64,000 nucleotides of DNA, taken from contig CALXJJ010000003.1 in the NCBI GenBank assembly GCA_944388605.1, forward strand, positions 3,091 to 67,090, written 5' to 3'. The position numbers and the translations under genes were made by a program. A model generated the notes under the pieces. The model made no database searches and was not told where the DNA came from. It was given only the letters and a program-made list of their open reading frames with translations. This document shows, in pieces, positions 1 through 11,264 of this stretch. Each line of letters begins with the position of its first letter. The first letter of the stretch is position 1. This DNA comes from an uncultured Clostridia bacterium. GTDB taxonomy: Bacteria; Bacillota; Clostridia; TANB77; CAG-508.

Positions 1-469
1 TTCTTTCCCGAAGTTCACTTTGAGTTAAATTTTCCTTAGTCTTTATTATTATATCTTCTCTATATTCAATATTTAATTTATATGCTAGATTCTTTGCTAT
101 TAAAGAACTTTGATTATATCCTCTTGTTTTTTTCTTTTTATTACTTATTGGTATTGGTAGAATTATATCATATTTTTTTATTTTTCTACATACTTTTTCG
201 TTTTTTAATAAAAAATTTACAAAAGTATTATATAAATATGCCTTATCATTAAATTTATATTCTAATATTTTATCTCTTATTAAGCCTTTATATTCAAATA
301 TTGAAATTAATTCCGTAAAATTTTTATTATAAATATCTATTATCTTTAATCTCTGCAAGTCTTTTAATCTTAAATAACATCTATTACATAAACTTTTTTC
401 ATTTATCTTTCCGCAAATTCCACATTTATATGGGTATACAATATCTAATATTCTTTTAAAAATGTTCAT
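1..469 (-). CDS. comFC: ComFC-like competence protein (double zinc-ribbon plus phosphoribosyltransferase-type domain); 5' part only, gene continues past window start
   Basis: Reverse-strand translation from the ATG at 469-467 gives MNIFKRILDIVYPYKCGICGKINEKSLCNRCYLRLKD...ILPIPISNKKKKTRGYNQSSLIAKNLAYKL. The CxxC..CxxC ribbon and the PRTase-like core are typical of ComFC. The start overlaps the recD2 stop (TAATG). Confidence 0.6.
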   Translation of the reverse strand, partial: MNIFKRILDIVYPYKCGICGKINEKSLCNRCYLRLKDLQRLKIIDIYNKNFTELISIFEYKGLIRDKILEYKFNDKAYLYNTFVNFLLKNEKVCRKIKKYDIILPIPISNKKKKTRGYNQSSLIAKNLAYKLNIEYREDIIIKTKENLTQSELRER

Positions 470-2775
470 TATAGCTCCTTTTCTAATTTATATTGTAGCC
501 CCGTATTTCTTTTTTTCCCATCAATATTATTTATCATAAAATTTATTATATTAGGATTTCCTACTATAATAAGCATTTTTTTAGCTCTGGTCATTCCTGT
601 ATACAATAAATTCCTAGTAAGTAGCATTGGCGCTGATTGTGTTATTGGCATAATTACAACATCAAATTCACTTCCTTGTGCCTTATGAATAGTTATACTA
701 TAACTATGTTCTATTTGATCCATTTCATTGTATGCATACCATGCATATTTATCGTCATCAAATTTAATTTTAACCGTTTTTGTTTCTTCATTAAAACTTT
801 CTATTTTCCCCATCTCACCATTAAATACTCCTGAACCTGATTCAAATTTTTCTCCTTTTTTCTCCCAATATATATCATAATTATTTTTTATTTGCATAAC
901 TCTGTCACCAGTTCTAAAAATTGTTTTTCCTATTCTTTTTTCTTTTGAAAAATCTGTTTCAGGATTTAATTTTTCTTGAAGTATAACATTCAACTCTTTT
1001 GTTCCTAATTTTCCTTTTTTAGTTGGTGTAATGATTTGTATATTCTCAAAAAAATCATAATTTGCATATTTTTTTAGCCTTCCTGTACATAATGATATAA
1101 CATTGCTTAGTATTTTTTCTTGATTTGTCTCTGGTATGAAAAAAAAGTCGTCTTTAATTTCTTTATCTTCGTATTTTACTCCTATAAAACTTTCACCTTC
1201 GTTTACTTTATGTGAATTTAATATTATTTTACTTTTTGCAGCTTGCCTGAAAATTTTATTAAGTACTATAACCTCAATTCTATTTGAATTTATTATATCT
1301 TTCAATACACTACCAGGTCCTACTGATGGTAACTGATCTACATCTCCTACCAATACTAATTTTGTTCCTTTATATAATGCTTTAATTAAGTTATTCATCA
1401 AAAACATATCTACCATAGAAACTTCGTCAACTATAACTACATCTCCATCAATTGGTGATACATTTATTTCTTCTGCATATTCATCATCAATTGTTTTTTG
1501 TATTTCTAATAATCTATGTAAAGTTTTTGCTTCTTCTCCTGTTGCTTCTGTCATTCTTTTTGCCGCTCTACCTGTAGGCGCACATAATACAACTTTTTTT
1601 TCTTCTTTTTTATATAATTCTATAATTGTTTTTATTATAGTTGTTTTTCCTGTACCAGGTCCTCCTGTAATAACACATACATTATTATTATTTATTGCTA
1701 ATATTGCTTCCTTTTGCTTTTCTGACAAATCTATTATAGATTCTTTTTCTATATTTTTTAGTTTTTTGTCTATATTATGTATTTTCTTTACATTACTTGC
1801 ATTTACTAAATTCATTAATCTGTCTGCTATGTTTTGTTCTATTCTATAATAATTTGCTAAATAAATCCAATTTATTTCTTTTCTTTTTTCTTCTTTTATT
1901 TCTTCTTTTGCTTTCATAGTTATCATTGTCTCATGGACATCGTCATATGTTATTTCTAACAAATCTGAAACATATTGCATCAAATTTTCTTTATTTACAC
2001 ATGAATGTCCATTGGTTGTTGCTCTTAAAAAAGCATATTTTATTCCACTTCTGACTCTTTTATAATTATTTTTTTCTATTCCATTTTTTATAGCTAAACT
2101 ATCTATTTGTTTAAAATCAATATTATTTATTATATCTAATAATATGTACGGATTTGTTTCTATTTCTTCTATTGCATTATTACCTAATCTCTTATATACA
2201 GTTTGTGCACTTTGTGGTCCTAGTCCAAATTTTTCTAAGAATCCCACTATTTGCCACAATTCCCAGTTTTCTACAAAAGAATTTGCTATTTCTATAGCCC
2301 TTTCTTTAGTTATTCCTTTTACTTTACTTAATTTTTCAGGTTCGAATTTAAAAATATGTATTGTCTCTTCTCCAAAGGATTGGACTATATTTCTTGCAAT
2401 TGCAGGACCTATTCCTTTTATTAATCCATTTCCTAAATATCTTTCTAATGCTTCTAATGTACGTGGCATTATTTTCTCAAAAGTTGAAACTTTAAACTGT
2501 ACTCCATATTCTATATGTTCAACAAAATCTCCATATAATTTTAAAGTATCACCTATATTAACAAAAGGTAAATAACCTACTATTATTGTTTCTTCTTTAT
2601 CTGTTTCCAAGACAGCAACTGTATAACTATTCATTTCATTATGATAAACTATTTCTTTTACTTCTCCTATTATCTCCAAAATTTGCCTCTTTCCTTTTTG
2701 TTTATATATTGGGAAAGTCATACTTACTCTTCCTAATATATAACATATACTGCGAACAAATTCACGGAAAGTCAA
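469..2775 (-). CDS. recD2: ATP-dependent RecD2-type DNA helicase (SF1B)
   Basis: 768 aa. Walker A ITGGPGTGKTT and a DEVSMVD Walker B are present, with N-terminal HhH-like modules and a C-terminal SH3-like region, as in RecD2/YrrC. Confidence 0.8.
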   Translation of the reverse strand: MTFREFVRSICYILGRVSMTFPIYKQKGKRQILEIIGEVKEIVYHNEMNSYTVAVLETDKEETIIVGYLPFVNIGDTLKLYGDFVEHIEYGVQFKVSTFEKIMPRTLEALERYLGNGLIKGIGPAIARNIVQSFGEETIHIFKFEPEKLSKVKGITKERAIEIANSFVENWELWQIVGFLEKFGLGPQSAQTVYKRLGNNAIEEIETNPYILLDIINNIDFKQIDSLAIKNGIEKNNYKRVRSGIKYAFLRATTNGHSCVNKENLMQYVSDLLEITYDDVHETMITMKAKEEIKEEKRKEINWIYLANYYRIEQNIADRLMNLVNASNVKKIHNIDKKLKNIEKESIIDLSEKQKEAILAINNNNVCVITGGPGTGKTTIIKTIIELYKKEEKKVVLCAPTGRAAKRMTEATGEEAKTLHRLLEIQKTIDDEYAEEINVSPIDGDVVIVDEVSMVDMFLMNNLIKALYKGTKLVLVGDVDQLPSVGPGSVLKDIINSNRIEVIVLNKIFRQAAKSKIILNSHKVNEGESFIGVKYEDKEIKDDFFFIPETNQEKILSNVISLCTGRLKKYANYDFFENIQIITPTKKGKLGTKELNVILQEKLNPETDFSKEKRIGKTIFRTGDRVMQIKNNYDIYWEKKGEKFESGSGVFNGEMGKIESFNEETKTVKIKFDDDKYAWYAYNEMDQIEHSYSITIHKAQGSEFDVVIMPITQSAPMLLTRNLLYTGMTRAKKMLIIVGNPNIINFMINNIDGKKRNTGLQYKLEKEL

Positions 2776-2912
2776 AGAAAAAAGTTGAAAATACTATAAA
2801 TTTCAATGCTTACCGATTTGTTCTTTTATTATTTAACATTATTTCTAAACACAAAATAAGTATAGCATAATTTTATCAAAATTACTATAATTATACCATA
2901 CTTATTTTATTA

Positions 2913-3269
2913 CTAACACTTTTCTTCATATCTGTCTATCATTTCTTTACATTCTCTCCAATTGACTGTTTGTAAACAGTCATAATCTTTAGACAATTTT
3001 TCTAATATTTGCATTGTATCATCTTTTGAATCTAAATCTGTTACAATTATATCTTTAACTATATCCTCTTTTCCATATAAAATTCTGAAAATTAGACTTC
3101 TCATAAATCCTTCAATTTTCTTGCCTTGATTTTTTACTGCTATAATAAGATATATTCCATCAGACTTAAAATTATTATATGTACAAACATATACAATAGT
3201 CTTAATAATTTCAAAAACACCATATAGAGCAAATGTCCATAATATAGCTTGATAAATGAAATTTATCAT
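2913..3269 (-). CDS. hypothetical small membrane protein (one N-terminal TM helix; weak GT2-like DxD region)
   Basis: 118-aa ORF with a hydrophobic N-terminus (ILWTFALYGVFEIIKTIVYV). The stretch IIVTDLDSKDDT resembles a glycosyltransferase-2 DxD region, but the protein is too short for a GT2. Function unknown. Confidence 0.35.
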   Translation of the reverse strand: MINFIYQAILWTFALYGVFEIIKTIVYVCTYNNFKSDGIYLIIAVKNQGKKIEGFMRSLIFRILYGKEDIVKDIIVTDLDSKDDTMQILEKLSKDYDCLQTVNWRECKEMIDRYEEKC

Positions 3270-3339
3270 ATAAAGTCCCCCCTATAATATATTATGAAAT
3301 TTATGCATAAAAGTTCTTATCACCAAATTTTACTCTATA

Positions 3340-3385
3340 AGTATTTTTAATGGCAGTTCTTAAAATTTATTTTCTTAAATTTTAA
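3340..3385 (-). terminator. intrinsic terminator downstream of rplQ (perfect 19-bp stem)
   Basis: ATGGCAGTTCTTAAAATTT-attttct-TAAATTTTAAGAACTGCCAT is a perfect palindrome flanked by T/A-rich tracts. Confidence 0.6.
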
Positions 3386-3398
3386 GAACTGCCATATT

Positions 3399-3923
3399 TT
3401 ATACTAATTCTAATATAGCTACCTCAGCTGAATCTCCTCTACGAGGTCCTACTTTTATTATTCTAGTATAACCTCCAACTCTTCCTTCATATTTTGTAGC
3501 TAATTCATCTAATAATTTTGAAGTTAAATCTATTTTATTTCCTTTTTCGTCTTTTACTTTGTTAATCTTTTTCATCATTTTTCTTCTTGCATTTAATCTT
3601 GATGGCTTGTCTTTCTTTCTCTTTTCAGTAGTTGTTTCTTTTACTACTTTTAAATATTCCTTGCCATTTTTGCTTTTTACTAATTCTGTTATTTTGTTTC
3701 CATTATTATCTAATTTTGCTTTTACTACTTTTACATCTACCATTTCAAAATTATCTTTTTCTTTAATTGCTAAAGCTATTAAACTATCTGCTATTTTCTT
3801 TACTTCTTTTGCTCTAGCTTCTGTTGTTTCAATTCTTCCATGTAATATAAAATCAGATGTTAAAGATTTTAGCATAGCAAGTCTTATGTCTGTTTTTCTG
3901 CCTAACTTTCTATTTATAGCCAA
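3399..3923 (-). CDS. rplQ: 50S ribosomal protein L17, with an unusual ~55-aa Lys-rich internal insertion
   Basis: The N-terminus ([21 protein letters not shown]...[11 protein letters not shown]) and C-terminus ([25 protein letters not shown]) are canonical L17. The protein is 174 aa, against the usual ~115-125 aa. Confidence 0.9.
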   Translation of the reverse strand: MAINRKLGRKTDIRLAMLKSLTSDFILHGRIETTEARAKEVKKIADSLIALAIKEKDNFEMVDVKVVKAKLDNNGNKITELVKSKNGKEYLKVVKETTTEKRKKDKPSRLNARRKMMKKINKVKDEKGNKIDLTSKLLDELATKYEGRVGGYTRIIKVGPRRGDSAEVAILELV

Positions 3924-3938
3924 TTTATTTCCCTCCTT

Positions 3939-4886
3939 TTAGTCTTCCTCTTTAGCGAAGTCTAATCCTAAAGAATGTAATTTATTTGTAACTTCATCTA
4001 AAGATTTCTTTCCTAGATTTCTTACTTTCATCATATCTTCTTCTGTCTTTGTTGCTAAATCTTCTACTGTTGAAATTCCAGCTCTTTTTAAACAATTGAA
4101 AGATCTTACTGATAATTCTAAATCTTCTATTGACATTTCAAGTACTTTTTCTTTCTTAGACTCCTCTTTTTCAACCATTACTTGAGTATTTCTTGCAGTT
4201 TCTGATAAATCAATAAATAATTCTAAATGTCCAACCATTACTTTAGCAGCTAAGCTTAAAGCTTCATATGGTTTTAAACTTCCATCTGTCCATACCTCTA
4301 TTGTTAATTTATCATAATCTACCATTTGACCAACTCTTGTGTTTTCAATTGAATAATTTACTTTCTTTACAGGTGTAAATATAGAATCTATTGGTAGAAC
4401 ATCTATAGCCTGATCTGGTTTTTTATTTTTTTCTGCCACATTATATCCTCTACCCATTTCGGCAGTCATTTCCATTTTCAATGAACCACCTTCTGCAATA
4501 GTAGCTATATGTAAGTCTGGATTCAATATTTCCACTGTTCCATCTGTTATAATATCACCTGCTGTCACTTCACCTTCACCTGAAAAGTCTATTCTTAAAA
4601 TTTTTTCTTCATTTTTATCAAGTTTTAACCTTACCATTTTTAAATTTATTATAATTTCTGGAACATCTTCTACAACATTTTCAATACTTGAAAATTCATG
4701 CATAACTCCATCTATTTTTACACTTGTTATAGCACTACCTGGTAATGAAGAAAGTAATATTCTTCTTAATGAGTTTCCTATTGTTACTCCATAACCACGC
4801 TCTAATGGCTCACATACAAATTTTCCATAATTTTTTTCATTGTCCATCTCTAAGCATTTTATATTTGGTTTTTCAAATTCTATCAT
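3939..4886 (-). CDS. rpoA: DNA-directed RNA polymerase subunit alpha
   Basis: 315 aa; MIEFEKPNI...[21 protein letters not shown] is the canonical alpha N-terminal domain. It lies between rpsD and rplQ. Confidence 0.95.
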   Translation of the reverse strand: MIEFEKPNIKCLEMDNEKNYGKFVCEPLERGYGVTIGNSLRRILLSSLPGSAITSVKIDGVMHEFSSIENVVEDVPEIIINLKMVRLKLDKNEEKILRIDFSGEGEVTAGDIITDGTVEILNPDLHIATIAEGGSLKMEMTAEMGRGYNVAEKNKKPDQAIDVLPIDSIFTPVKKVNYSIENTRVGQMVDYDKLTIEVWTDGSLKPYEALSLAAKVMVGHLELFIDLSETARNTQVMVEKEESKKEKVLEMSIEDLELSVRSFNCLKRAGISTVEDLATKTEEDMMKVRNLGKKSLDEVTNKLHSLGLDFAKEED

Positions 4887-4914
4887 TTTAACCTCCCTAA
4901 ATTATCTATAAACA

Positions 4915-5541
4915 TTATTTAGAGTATAATTCAACTATTAAATGTTCTTCTACTGGAATATCAATATCTTCTCTTGATGCTAATCTCACAACTTTGCCAC
5001 TTAATTTATCTACATCTTTTTCTAACCAAGTTGGAACTGGTCTTGCTGAATTCTCTTCAACATTTAATTTTATAGCTCCATTATCTTTTCTTATTTCTCT
5101 TACAGATATAATATCTCCTGCTTTTACTAGATATGATGGTATATCTACTTTGTGACCATTTACTTCAAATGCCCCATGTGTTACAAGCATTCTAGCTTGT
5201 GCTCTTGAAGCACCATATCCTAATCTATAAACAACATTGTCTAATCTACTTTCTAATATTTGAAGCAAAATTTCACCTGTTTTTCCTCTTGAATTAGAAG
5301 CCATATCAAAATATTTTCTAAATTGCTTCTCTCCTACCCCATAAAATGCTTTTGTTTTTTGTTTTTCTCTTAACTGAGTACCATATTCTGAAAGTTTTTT
5401 CTTTTTTTGTCCATTTTGACCTGGTGCGTAATTTCTTCTTGCAATACTACATTTATCTGTATAACATCTTGAACCTTTTAAGAATAACTTCTGTCCTTCT
5501 CTACGGCAAATTCTACATTGTTCATCTTTATATCTTGCCAT
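4915..5541 (-). CDS. rpsD: 30S ribosomal protein S4
   Basis: 208 aa; [31 protein letters not shown] zinc ribbon plus an S4 domain. Confidence 0.95.
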   Translation of the reverse strand: MARYKDEQCRICRREGQKLFLKGSRCYTDKCSIARRNYAPGQNGQKKKKLSEYGTQLREKQKTKAFYGVGEKQFRKYFDMASNSRGKTGEILLQILESRLDNVVYRLGYGASRAQARMLVTHGAFEVNGHKVDIPSYLVKAGDIISVREIRKDNGAIKLNVEENSARPVPTWLEKDVDKLSGKVVRLASREDIDIPVEEHLIVELYSK

Positions 5542-5562
5542 TTTTTATTTCACCTTCCTTAA

Positions 5563-5961
5563 TTAAACTCTACGTCTTTTTGGTGGTCTACATCCATTAT
5601 GAGGAATTGGAGTTACATCTTTTATTGTACTTATTTCCAATCCTGCTGATTGAAGAGACCTAATTGCAGCTTCACGACCTGAACCTGGTCCTTTTACATA
5701 TACTTCCACTGATTTTAATCCATGTTCCATTGCAGCTTTTGCAGCTGTTTCTGCAGCTTGACCTGCTGCATAAGGTGTGCTTTTTCTTGAGCCTTTAAAT
5801 CCTAACTCACCAGCACTTGCCCAAGATATACTATTACCTTGAACATCTGTTATTGTAACAATTGTATTATTAAAACTAGAATGGATATGAACCATACCTT
5901 TATCGATATTCTTTCTATCTCTTCTTCTAGTTGTAGATCTTTTTGTTCCTTTAGTAGCCAT
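5563..5961 (-). CDS. rpsK: 30S ribosomal protein S11
   Basis: 132 aa; [22 protein letters not shown]...[13 protein letters not shown]. Confidence 0.95.
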   Translation of the reverse strand: MATKGTKRSTTRRRDRKNIDKGMVHIHSSFNNTIVTITDVQGNSISWASAGELGFKGSRKSTPYAAGQAAETAAKAAMEHGLKSVEVYVKGPGSGREAAIRSLQSAGLEISTIKDVTPIPHNGCRPPKRRRV

Positions 5962-5990
5962 TTTTCTACTCCCTTCTTAAAAGTTATATT

Positions 5991-6359
5991 TTATTTATTT
6001 TTTGCTCTGCTTACTAATTTTCTAGGACCTTTTCTTGTACGAGCATTAGTCTTTGTTCTTTGTCCTCTAACTGGAAGACCTCTTCTATGTCTTAATCCTC
6101 TATAACATCCTATTTCTGTCAATCTTTTTATATTTAGAGCAACTTCCCTACGTAAATCTCCTTCTGTCTTATAACCTTCCATTGCAGTTCTTATAGCTTT
6201 TACTTGATCATCTGTTAAATCTTTCACTCTAATATCTGGATTTACTCCAGCTTCTTTTAATATTTTTTGTGAGCTTGGTAATCCTATTCCATATATATAT
6301 GTTAATCCAATCTCTACTCTTTTTTCTCTAGGTAAATCTACTCCTGCTATACGAGCCAT
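5991..6359 (-). CDS. rpsM: 30S ribosomal protein S13
   Basis: 122 aa; [26 protein letters not shown]. Confidence 0.95.
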   Translation of the reverse strand: MARIAGVDLPREKRVEIGLTYIYGIGLPSSQKILKEAGVNPDIRVKDLTDDQVKAIRTAMEGYKTEGDLRREVALNIKRLTEIGCYRGLRHRRGLPVRGQRTKTNARTRKGPRKLVSRAKNK

Positions 6360-6539
6360 TTTTTAGCACCTCCAAAGTTTATTTTATTAATTATGTTGCT
6401 TTTTATTGCTAATGGTGAAATGCACTAAAAGGACCTTAGTCATTAACATTTCAAAGCATGTATATAAACACAAATCCAAGTTTCGTTAATATTAACGAAT
6501 TCAGCCGCTACTTTGATTTGTGCTTTTAACTTTTTTATA

Positions 6540-6653
6540 TTACCCTTGTCTTTGTTTATGTTTTGGGTTTTCACAAATTACTCTTATTACACCTTTTCTT
6601 TTTATAACTTTGCATTTTGGGCAAATTGGTTTTACTGATGGTCTTACCTTCAT
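6540..6653 (-). CDS. rpmJ: 50S ribosomal protein L36 (not in the supplied ORF track)
   Basis: Hand translation of the reverse strand gives [37 protein letters not shown] (37 aa), the canonical L36 zinc ribbon, in the expected infA-rpmJ-rpsM position. Confidence 0.85.
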   Translation of the reverse strand: MKVRPSVKPICPKCKVIKRKGVIRVICENPKHKQRQG

Positions 6654-6703
6654 TTCAACTAGCACCTCCACTATTTTATATATTTGGGTTAATTACTTAC
6701 TTT

Positions 6704-6922
6704 TTATTTTGCTCTCCAAGTAATTCTTCCACGTGTCAAATCATATGGTGAAAGCTCTACTTTTACTTTGTCTCCAGGTAATATTTTTATATAATTCATT
6801 CTTAATTTACCTGAAATATGAGCTAGTATTTGATGTCCATTTTCAAGTTCTACTTTAAAATTAGTATTTGGTAAAGCTTCTACTACTGTACCTTCTACTT
6901 CTATAACATCTTCTTTTGCCAT
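6704..6922 (-). CDS. infA: translation initiation factor IF-1
   Basis: 72 aa; [53 protein letters not shown]. Confidence 0.95.
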   Translation of the reverse strand: MAKEDVIEVEGTVVEALPNTNFKVELENGHQILAHISGKLRMNYIKILPGDKVKVELSPYDLTRGRITWRAK

Positions 6923-6979
6923 AATTTCCTCCTAATACCGTTAGATAAACAATATCTTTTATATTATACTATAGTTTTT

Positions 6980-7747
6980 TTACAATGTCAATATTTCAGG
7001 TTCTTTTTCTGTAATTAATATAGTATTTTCATAATGTGCAGCTAAACTTCCATCTTCAGTAATTATTGTCCATCCATCTTCTAATTCCAATATGTCTGGT
7101 TTGCCTTCTATAACCATTGGTTCAATTGCGAGTGTCATACCTGGTTCCAATTTAATTCCTCTACCAGGTTTGCCATAATTAGGTATTCCTGGATCTTCAT
7201 GCATACTTTGACCAATTCCATGTCCTTGAAATTCTCTTACCACACTATATCCATTTTTTCCTACAAATTCACCTATTGCATGTGAAATATCTCCTATTCT
7301 ATTTCCTACTTTAGCATATTTTATCCCTTCAAAAAAGGCTTGTTTTGTTATTTCTACTAATCTTGTAGCACTTTTACTTGCATTCCCTACAATATATGTT
7401 CTAGCTGCATCTCCATTATATCCATTCTTATATACAACTAAATCTATACTTACTAAATCTCCATCTTTTACTTTAACTTTATCAGATGGTATTCCATGTA
7501 TTACTTCATCATTTATAGAAACACATATTGTTGCTGGGAAATTTGGTACTCCTTTTATTCCACTTGGATAACCTTTTTGCGCTGGAATACCACCGTTTTT
7601 TCTTATAAAGTTTTCAGCTATTTTGTCTAATTCCAAAGTTGTAATTCCAGGTTTTATAGCTTTTTCAATTTCTTTATGAACTGCATTTGTTAATTTACAT
7701 GCCTCTTTCATAAGTTCAATTTCTCTTCTCGACTTTATCGTAACCAC
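6980..7747 (-). CDS. map: type I methionine aminopeptidase
   Basis: 255 aa; the metal-binding pita-bread fold motifs are present (e.g. the HG...HGIG region). Confidence 0.9.
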   Translation of the reverse strand: MVTIKSRREIELMKEACKLTNAVHKEIEKAIKPGITTLELDKIAENFIRKNGGIPAQKGYPSGIKGVPNFPATICVSINDEVIHGIPSDKVKVKDGDLVSIDLVVYKNGYNGDAARTYIVGNASKSATRLVEITKQAFFEGIKYAKVGNRIGDISHAIGEFVGKNGYSVVREFQGHGIGQSMHEDPGIPNYGKPGRGIKLEPGMTLAIEPMVIEGKPDILELEDGWTIITEDGSLAAHYENTILITEKEPEILTL

Positions 7748-7773
7748 TTTATTTACTTCCTTTTATTAAATAA

Positions 7774-8454
7774 TTAAATTGTAGCTTTAAGCTCTTCTAC
7801 CAAAACTTTTCCAACATCATTTGATGTTAAATTAGTTTCACTACCTAATTTTATATTTTTCAATACATTTTGATTTTTATAATAATTTATTAGTTCATCA
7901 GCTGTACTATGATAAACCTCTAGCCTTCTTTTTATAGTTTCCTCTTTATCATCTTGTCTTTGTACTAATTTTGACCCACATTTATCACATAATCCATCTC
8001 TAATTGGAGGTTTAAAATCTAAATTGTAAATTTCTCCACATTCTTTATTTGGGCAACATCTTCTTCTAGATATTCTTGCTATAACTTCATTGTCAGGTAA
8101 AGACAAATTAATAGCAAGGTTTACTTTATTATTCCCTTTACTTAAAAGTTTGTCCAATTCTTTAGCTTGATTCTCAGTTCTAGGAAAACCATCTAATATT
8201 GCTCCATTTATTACATCTGATTCTTGTAACCTATTTCCAACTAATTGTACAACAAGTTCATCTGGAACTAATAATCCTTTACTCATATAATCTTCTATTT
8301 TTTTCCCAATTTCTTTATCCTTTTTTACATATGTTCTAAAAATATCTCCTGATGAAATTCTTACTATTCCCAATTCTTTTTCTAAAATTCCTCCTATTGT
8401 TCCTTTCCCTGTTCCTGGCGCTCCTAACATTACTATAAACATTTTGATATTCAT
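7774..8454 (-). CDS. adk: adenylate kinase (zinc-lid type); the true start may be the internal Met 4 codons downstream
   Basis: P-loop GAPGTGKGT and a lid with CPNKECGEIYN...CDKCGSKL (4 Cys). The RBS spacing fits the internal start better. Confidence 0.9.
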   Translation of the reverse strand: MNIKMFIVMLGAPGTGKGTIGGILEKELGIVRISSGDIFRTYVKKDKEIGKKIEDYMSKGLLVPDELVVQLVGNRLQESDVINGAILDGFPRTENQAKELDKLLSKGNNKVNLAINLSLPDNEVIARISRRRCCPNKECGEIYNLDFKPPIRDGLCDKCGSKLVQRQDDKEETIKRRLEVYHSTADELINYYKNQNVLKNIKLGSETNLTSNDVGKVLVEELKATI

Positions 8455-8609
8455 TCCTTTCTAGGCATAACTATAGTTTTTATATAGTCCAAACTTTTTT
8501 ACAAACAAACAAGAAGTCTTGAATTTTCGATATGTACACTAATCTAACAGGACGTTAGAATGTAGCATCGTCCTTTTCAGACTTCTTCGCTTTGTATATA
8601 TTATTTTAT

Positions 8610-9935
8610 TTAATCTAAAAATCCTTTATAATGACGTACAGCTAATTGAGATTCCATTTGTTGCACTATTTCAATAGCAACACTAACTACAATAAGTATT
8701 GATGTTCCTCCAAATGCTAAATTTAAAGTTGTAAACCTTAAGAACATTGGAAGGATAGCAATTATTGCTAAGAATATTCCTCCATATAATGTTAATTTTG
8801 AAATTACATTTGATAAATATTCTGTTGTTGGTTTACCAGCTCTTATACCTGGTATAAATCCGCCATTTCTTTTAATATTATTTGATATATCTGCTGGATT
8901 AAATGTTGCATATGTATAAAAATATGTAAATCCTATAATTAATAACAAATATATTATTGCATTAGCAATTGTAAAACCTATTGCCACTTCTGAAGATGAT
9001 GTTGCAAGTGAGAAATTGTAAATTGTATACCAAAAACCTGATGTTCTTTCTGCTATATCTTTAATAAACAAAGGTATGATCATTGCAGGAAATGTCATAA
9101 ATGAAGAAGCAAATATTATTGGCATTACACCTGCCATTGCAAGTTTCAATGGTATATGTGTATTTTGTGCTCCTACCATCTTTCTTCCTACCACTCTTTT
9201 TGAATACTGTACAGGAATTCTTCTTTCTGCTTGTTGTACAAATACAACACCAGCAACTAATAATATAGCTCCTATAATAACTCCTATAGCTGTTAATAAT
9301 CCTGTAGTACTAAATGTTCCATTACCTGCAATCAAGTTCCAAATTGTAACTACAGCTGATGGAAGTCCTGCTATAATACCTACAAATATAATTAATGAAA
9401 TTCCATTACCTATTCCTTTATTTGTAATCTCTTCTCCTAACCACATTAAAATAGCTGTTCCTGCCATTAATGAAATTATAATTGTTATCGCTGTTCCAAT
9501 TCCTGTATCTAAGAATATTCCTGAATTTCTATAAGATAAATATATTCCTAATCCTTCTATTAAAGCTAATATTATAGTAAGAATCTTTGTATACAAACTC
9601 ATCTTTCTTCTTCCTACTTCTCCACCTTCTTTTGCTAATCTTTCTAATGCAGGAATTACAAATGTTAACAATTGAATTACAATTGATGCTGTAATATATG
9701 GAGTTATTGACATAGCAAATATTGAAAATCTAGAAAATGCTCCTCCTGATATTAAGTCAACAATTCCAGATAAACCACTTGCTGATGCATTCATAATTGT
9801 CGATAATTGAAATGTATCTACTCCAGGGATTGTTATATAACATCCTAAACGGAATATAACAATTAGTAACAATGTATATAATATTCTTTTTCTAACTTCA
9901 GGTGTTTTAATTGCATTTATTATCGTTTTAAACAA
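8610..9935 (-). CDS. secY: preprotein translocase subunit SecY
   Basis: 441 aa with 10 TM helices, in the expected rplO-secY-adk context. Confidence 0.95.
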   Translation of the reverse strand: MFKTIINAIKTPEVRKRILYTLLLIVIFRLGCYITIPGVDTFQLSTIMNASASGLSGIVDLISGGAFSRFSIFAMSITPYITASIVIQLLTFVIPALERLAKEGGEVGRRKMSLYTKILTIILALIEGLGIYLSYRNSGIFLDTGIGTAITIIISLMAGTAILMWLGEEITNKGIGNGISLIIFVGIIAGLPSAVVTIWNLIAGNGTFSTTGLLTAIGVIIGAILLVAGVVFVQQAERRIPVQYSKRVVGRKMVGAQNTHIPLKLAMAGVMPIIFASSFMTFPAMIIPLFIKDIAERTSGFWYTIYNFSLATSSSEVAIGFTIANAIIYLLLIIGFTYFYTYATFNPADISNNIKRNGGFIPGIRAGKPTTEYLSNVISKLTLYGGIFLAIIAILPMFLRFTTLNLAFGGTSILIVVSVAIEIVQQMESQLAVRHYKGFLD

Positions 9936-10370
9936 TTATATCACCTCTGTCTTTCCACCTAAAGCTTCAATTTTTTCTTTTGCAGCTTTAGTAAATCTTA
10001 CAGCTTTAACTGTTAATTTCTTTTCAAGATTACCAGTAGCAAGAATAACTATTCCATCTTTCTTCTTACTAATGATACCATCTTTAATTAAACTTTCTGC
10101 TGTAACTTCTTCTGTAGTTGCTTTATTAAGCATTGTTAATGTTACTTCAACATAGTCTTTTGCATGTATATTAGTGAAACCTCTTTTTGGTAGTCTTCTA
10201 TATAATGGTGTTTGACCACCTTCGAAACCTCTTCTAACACCACCGCCAGATCTAGCCTTTTGACCTTTATGTCCTCTTCCAGAAGTCTTACCTAGTCCTG
10301 AACCTATTCCACGTCCAACTCTAGTCCTTGTTTTACTTACTTTAGCTGATCTTATTTCTCCTAGCTTCAT
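9936..10370 (-). CDS. rplO: 50S ribosomal protein L15
   Basis: Start placed at [10 protein letters not shown]. An AGGAGG RBS lies 11 nt upstream; the longer GTG-initiated ORF (to 10382) abuts that RBS. Confidence 0.9.
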   Translation of the reverse strand: MKLGEIRSAKVSKTRTRVGRGIGSGLGKTSGRGHKGQKARSGGGVRRGFEGGQTPLYRRLPKRGFTNIHAKDYVEVTLTMLNKATTEEVTAESLIKDGIISKKKDGIVILATGNLEKKLTVKAVRFTKAAKEKIEALGGKTEVI

Positions 10371-10394
10371 GATGATTAGCACCTCCTATTTTAA

Positions 10395-10889
10395 TTATAA
10401 TATATCTTCTACTTTTTTATCTCTTTTTTTAGCCACTTGCTCTATTGTTTGCATACTTTTTAATCCTTCTATTGTAGCATAAACAACATTTCTTGGATTG
10501 TTAGTTCCTATAACTTTTGTTCTTATATCTCTATATCCTGCAAGTTCTAAAACTGGTCTAACGCTTCCTCCTGCTATAACTCCAGTACCTTCTGTAGCTG
10601 GTTTTAACATAACTTTAGCACTTCCAAACTTTCCAACATATTCGTGAGGAATTGTTGTTCCTACTAGTGGTACTTGTACTAAATTCTTTTTAGCTTCTTC
10701 TATAGCCTTTTTTATAGCATCTGGAACTTCTGCCGCTTTACCATTTCCTACACCTACACATCCAGCTCCATCTCCTACTACCACTACAGCACTAAATCTA
10801 AAAGTTCTACCACCTTTAACAACTTTAGCAACTCTATTTATAGCTACAACTTTCTCTTTTAATTCTGTTTGCTTTTCTTCGTTTTGCAC
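10395..10889 (-). CDS. rpsE: 30S ribosomal protein S5
   Basis: 164 aa; dsRBD plus S5 C-terminal domain ([23 protein letters not shown]). Only a 12-nt gap separates it from rplO, so no rpmD can fit. Confidence 0.95.
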   Translation of the reverse strand: MQNEEKQTELKEKVVAINRVAKVVKGGRTFRFSAVVVVGDGAGCVGVGNGKAAEVPDAIKKAIEEAKKNLVQVPLVGTTIPHEYVGKFGSAKVMLKPATEGTGVIAGGSVRPVLELAGYRDIRTKVIGTNNPRNVVYATIEGLKSMQTIEQVAKKRDKKVEDIL

Positions 10890-10904
10890 TTACTTTCCCT
10901 CCTT

Positions 10905-11264
10905 TTAGAATTCTAATCCACCACTTCTTGCGGCTTCTGCTAACTCTTTTATTACACCATGGTAAATATATCCACCTCTATCAAATACTACAGTCTTAAT
11001 ATTTTTTTCGATGGCTTTTTTTGCAATTAATTCTCCTAATTCTTTTGCTGCTATTTTATTTGCATGCTTTTCCTTTATTTCATTATCTAAAGTACTTGCA
11101 CTTACTAGAGTATTTGCTACAACATCATCTATTATCTGTACATATAAAGCTTTATTACTTCTAAAAACACATAGTCTTGGACGTTCTGCAGTTCCTTTTA
11201 TTTTTCTACGTACTCTTATATGTCTTCTAACTCTTTGTGCTTTTCTGTCTATTTTCTTTATCAT
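10905..11264 (-). CDS. rplR: 50S ribosomal protein L18
   Basis: 119 aa; [18 protein letters not shown]. Confidence 0.95.
   Translation of the reverse strand: MIKKIDRKAQRVRRHIRVRRKIKGTAERPRLCVFRSNKALYVQIIDDVVANTLVSASTLDNEIKEKHANKIAAKELGELIAKKAIEKNIKTVVFDRGGYIYHGVIKELAEAARSGGLEF

Noticed and set aside
9076-9534. 152-aa plus-strand ORF
   Set aside because: It is antisense to secY with a hydrophobic mirror-frame translation. A typical shadow ORF.
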